Positions 63,520 to 64,000 of a stretch of 64,000 nt of DNA are shown one piece after another. The translations under genes and the position numbers were made by a program. This DNA is from Felis catus (lineage: Eukaryota). The stretch is taken from assembly GCF_018350175.1 (NCBI RefSeq), contig NC_058380.1, positions 91,698,001 to 91,762,000 of the forward strand, given 5' to 3'. Positions within the stretch are counted from its first letter, which is position 1; every line of letters starts with the position of its first letter. The notes beneath the pieces are model-generated. The model did no database searches. It had not been told where the DNA came from and was given only the letters and a program-made list of their open reading frames with translations.

Positions 63520-64000
63520 TTCTATGTCCTAGTGGAAAGCTCAGTGAAAGAGGGGAGTCCTTGCCTTGGTCCTGATTTGAAAAGAAACGCTTCCTATGTC
63601 TCATTAGTATATACGGACGCAGGTTATGGTAAATACTCTTGAACAGGTAGAAGAAGTTCCTTCTGTTCCTAGTTTGCTTCTTAAGAAGTGGGTTTTCTCA
63701 GGGTACCCAGCTGGCTCACATGGTGGAGCATGTGACTCTTGATCTTGGGGTTGTGGGGTCGAGTTCTATGATGGTGTAGAGATTACTAAAAAATAAAAAT
63801 CTTTAAAAAAAAAGTGGGTTTTCTCTTTTTATTTTCTGTAAATCACGAACGGGCGTTGAATTTTACCAGATGTTCTTGCACCTTTTTCTCCTTTAACCCG
63901 CCGGTAAAGCGTAGAATGTATCTTTTCTATTAATCTGTGCACTCCTGGGCAGTCCTGCTTGGTCTCGATACAACGGTTTGTTATGAATATTTTGATGACT
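63520..64000 (-). mobile_element. Old antisense L1 ORF2 remnant interrupted by a short sense SINE (~63700-63815)
   Basis: tccttgccttggtcctgat..gaagaagttcccttctgttcctagtttgct..gggcgttgaattttaccagatg..aatctgtgcactcctggg..cctgcttggtc. Confidence 0.75.

Overview
Very GC-rich mammalian genomic DNA. The young CAN-SINE subfamily points to a felid, and the region is syntenic with human 9q34.3 in reverse orientation. Gene order: TRAF2 (only non-coding exon 1 and intron 1, - strand, ~1-8200); EDF1 (+, 5 coding exons, 148 aa); MAMDC4/endotubin (-, 29 coding exons, 1214 aa); PHPT1 (-, 3 exons, 125 aa); AJM1/C9orf172 (-, one coding exon, 979 aa, with an assembly gap); RABL6 (-, coding exons 2-15, exon 1 beyond the window end). 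I traced all exon models by hand through GT-AG junctions and they keep frame. Repeats: many CAN-SINEs (nested and inverted pairs), a Tigger2a-like MITE, a fragmented hAT-Tip100 (Zaphod-like) fossil next to the EDF1 promoter, L1 and MIR remnants, and three GC-rich minisatellites. I found no convincing wholly new gene system. Best leads: (1) a 44-bp minisatellite just past the AJM1 stop whose units carry a CCAAT box and a GC box; (2) a spliced, strong-Kozak uORF in frame with AJM1 and separated from it by one TGA; (3) an IRF/kB motif cluster in TRAF2 intron 1; (4) an HNF4/FOXA/GATA-type MAMDC4 promoter; (5) weakly defined MAMDC4 exons 15-16. Comparisons with human genes and repeat consensuses are from memory and were not run as searches.
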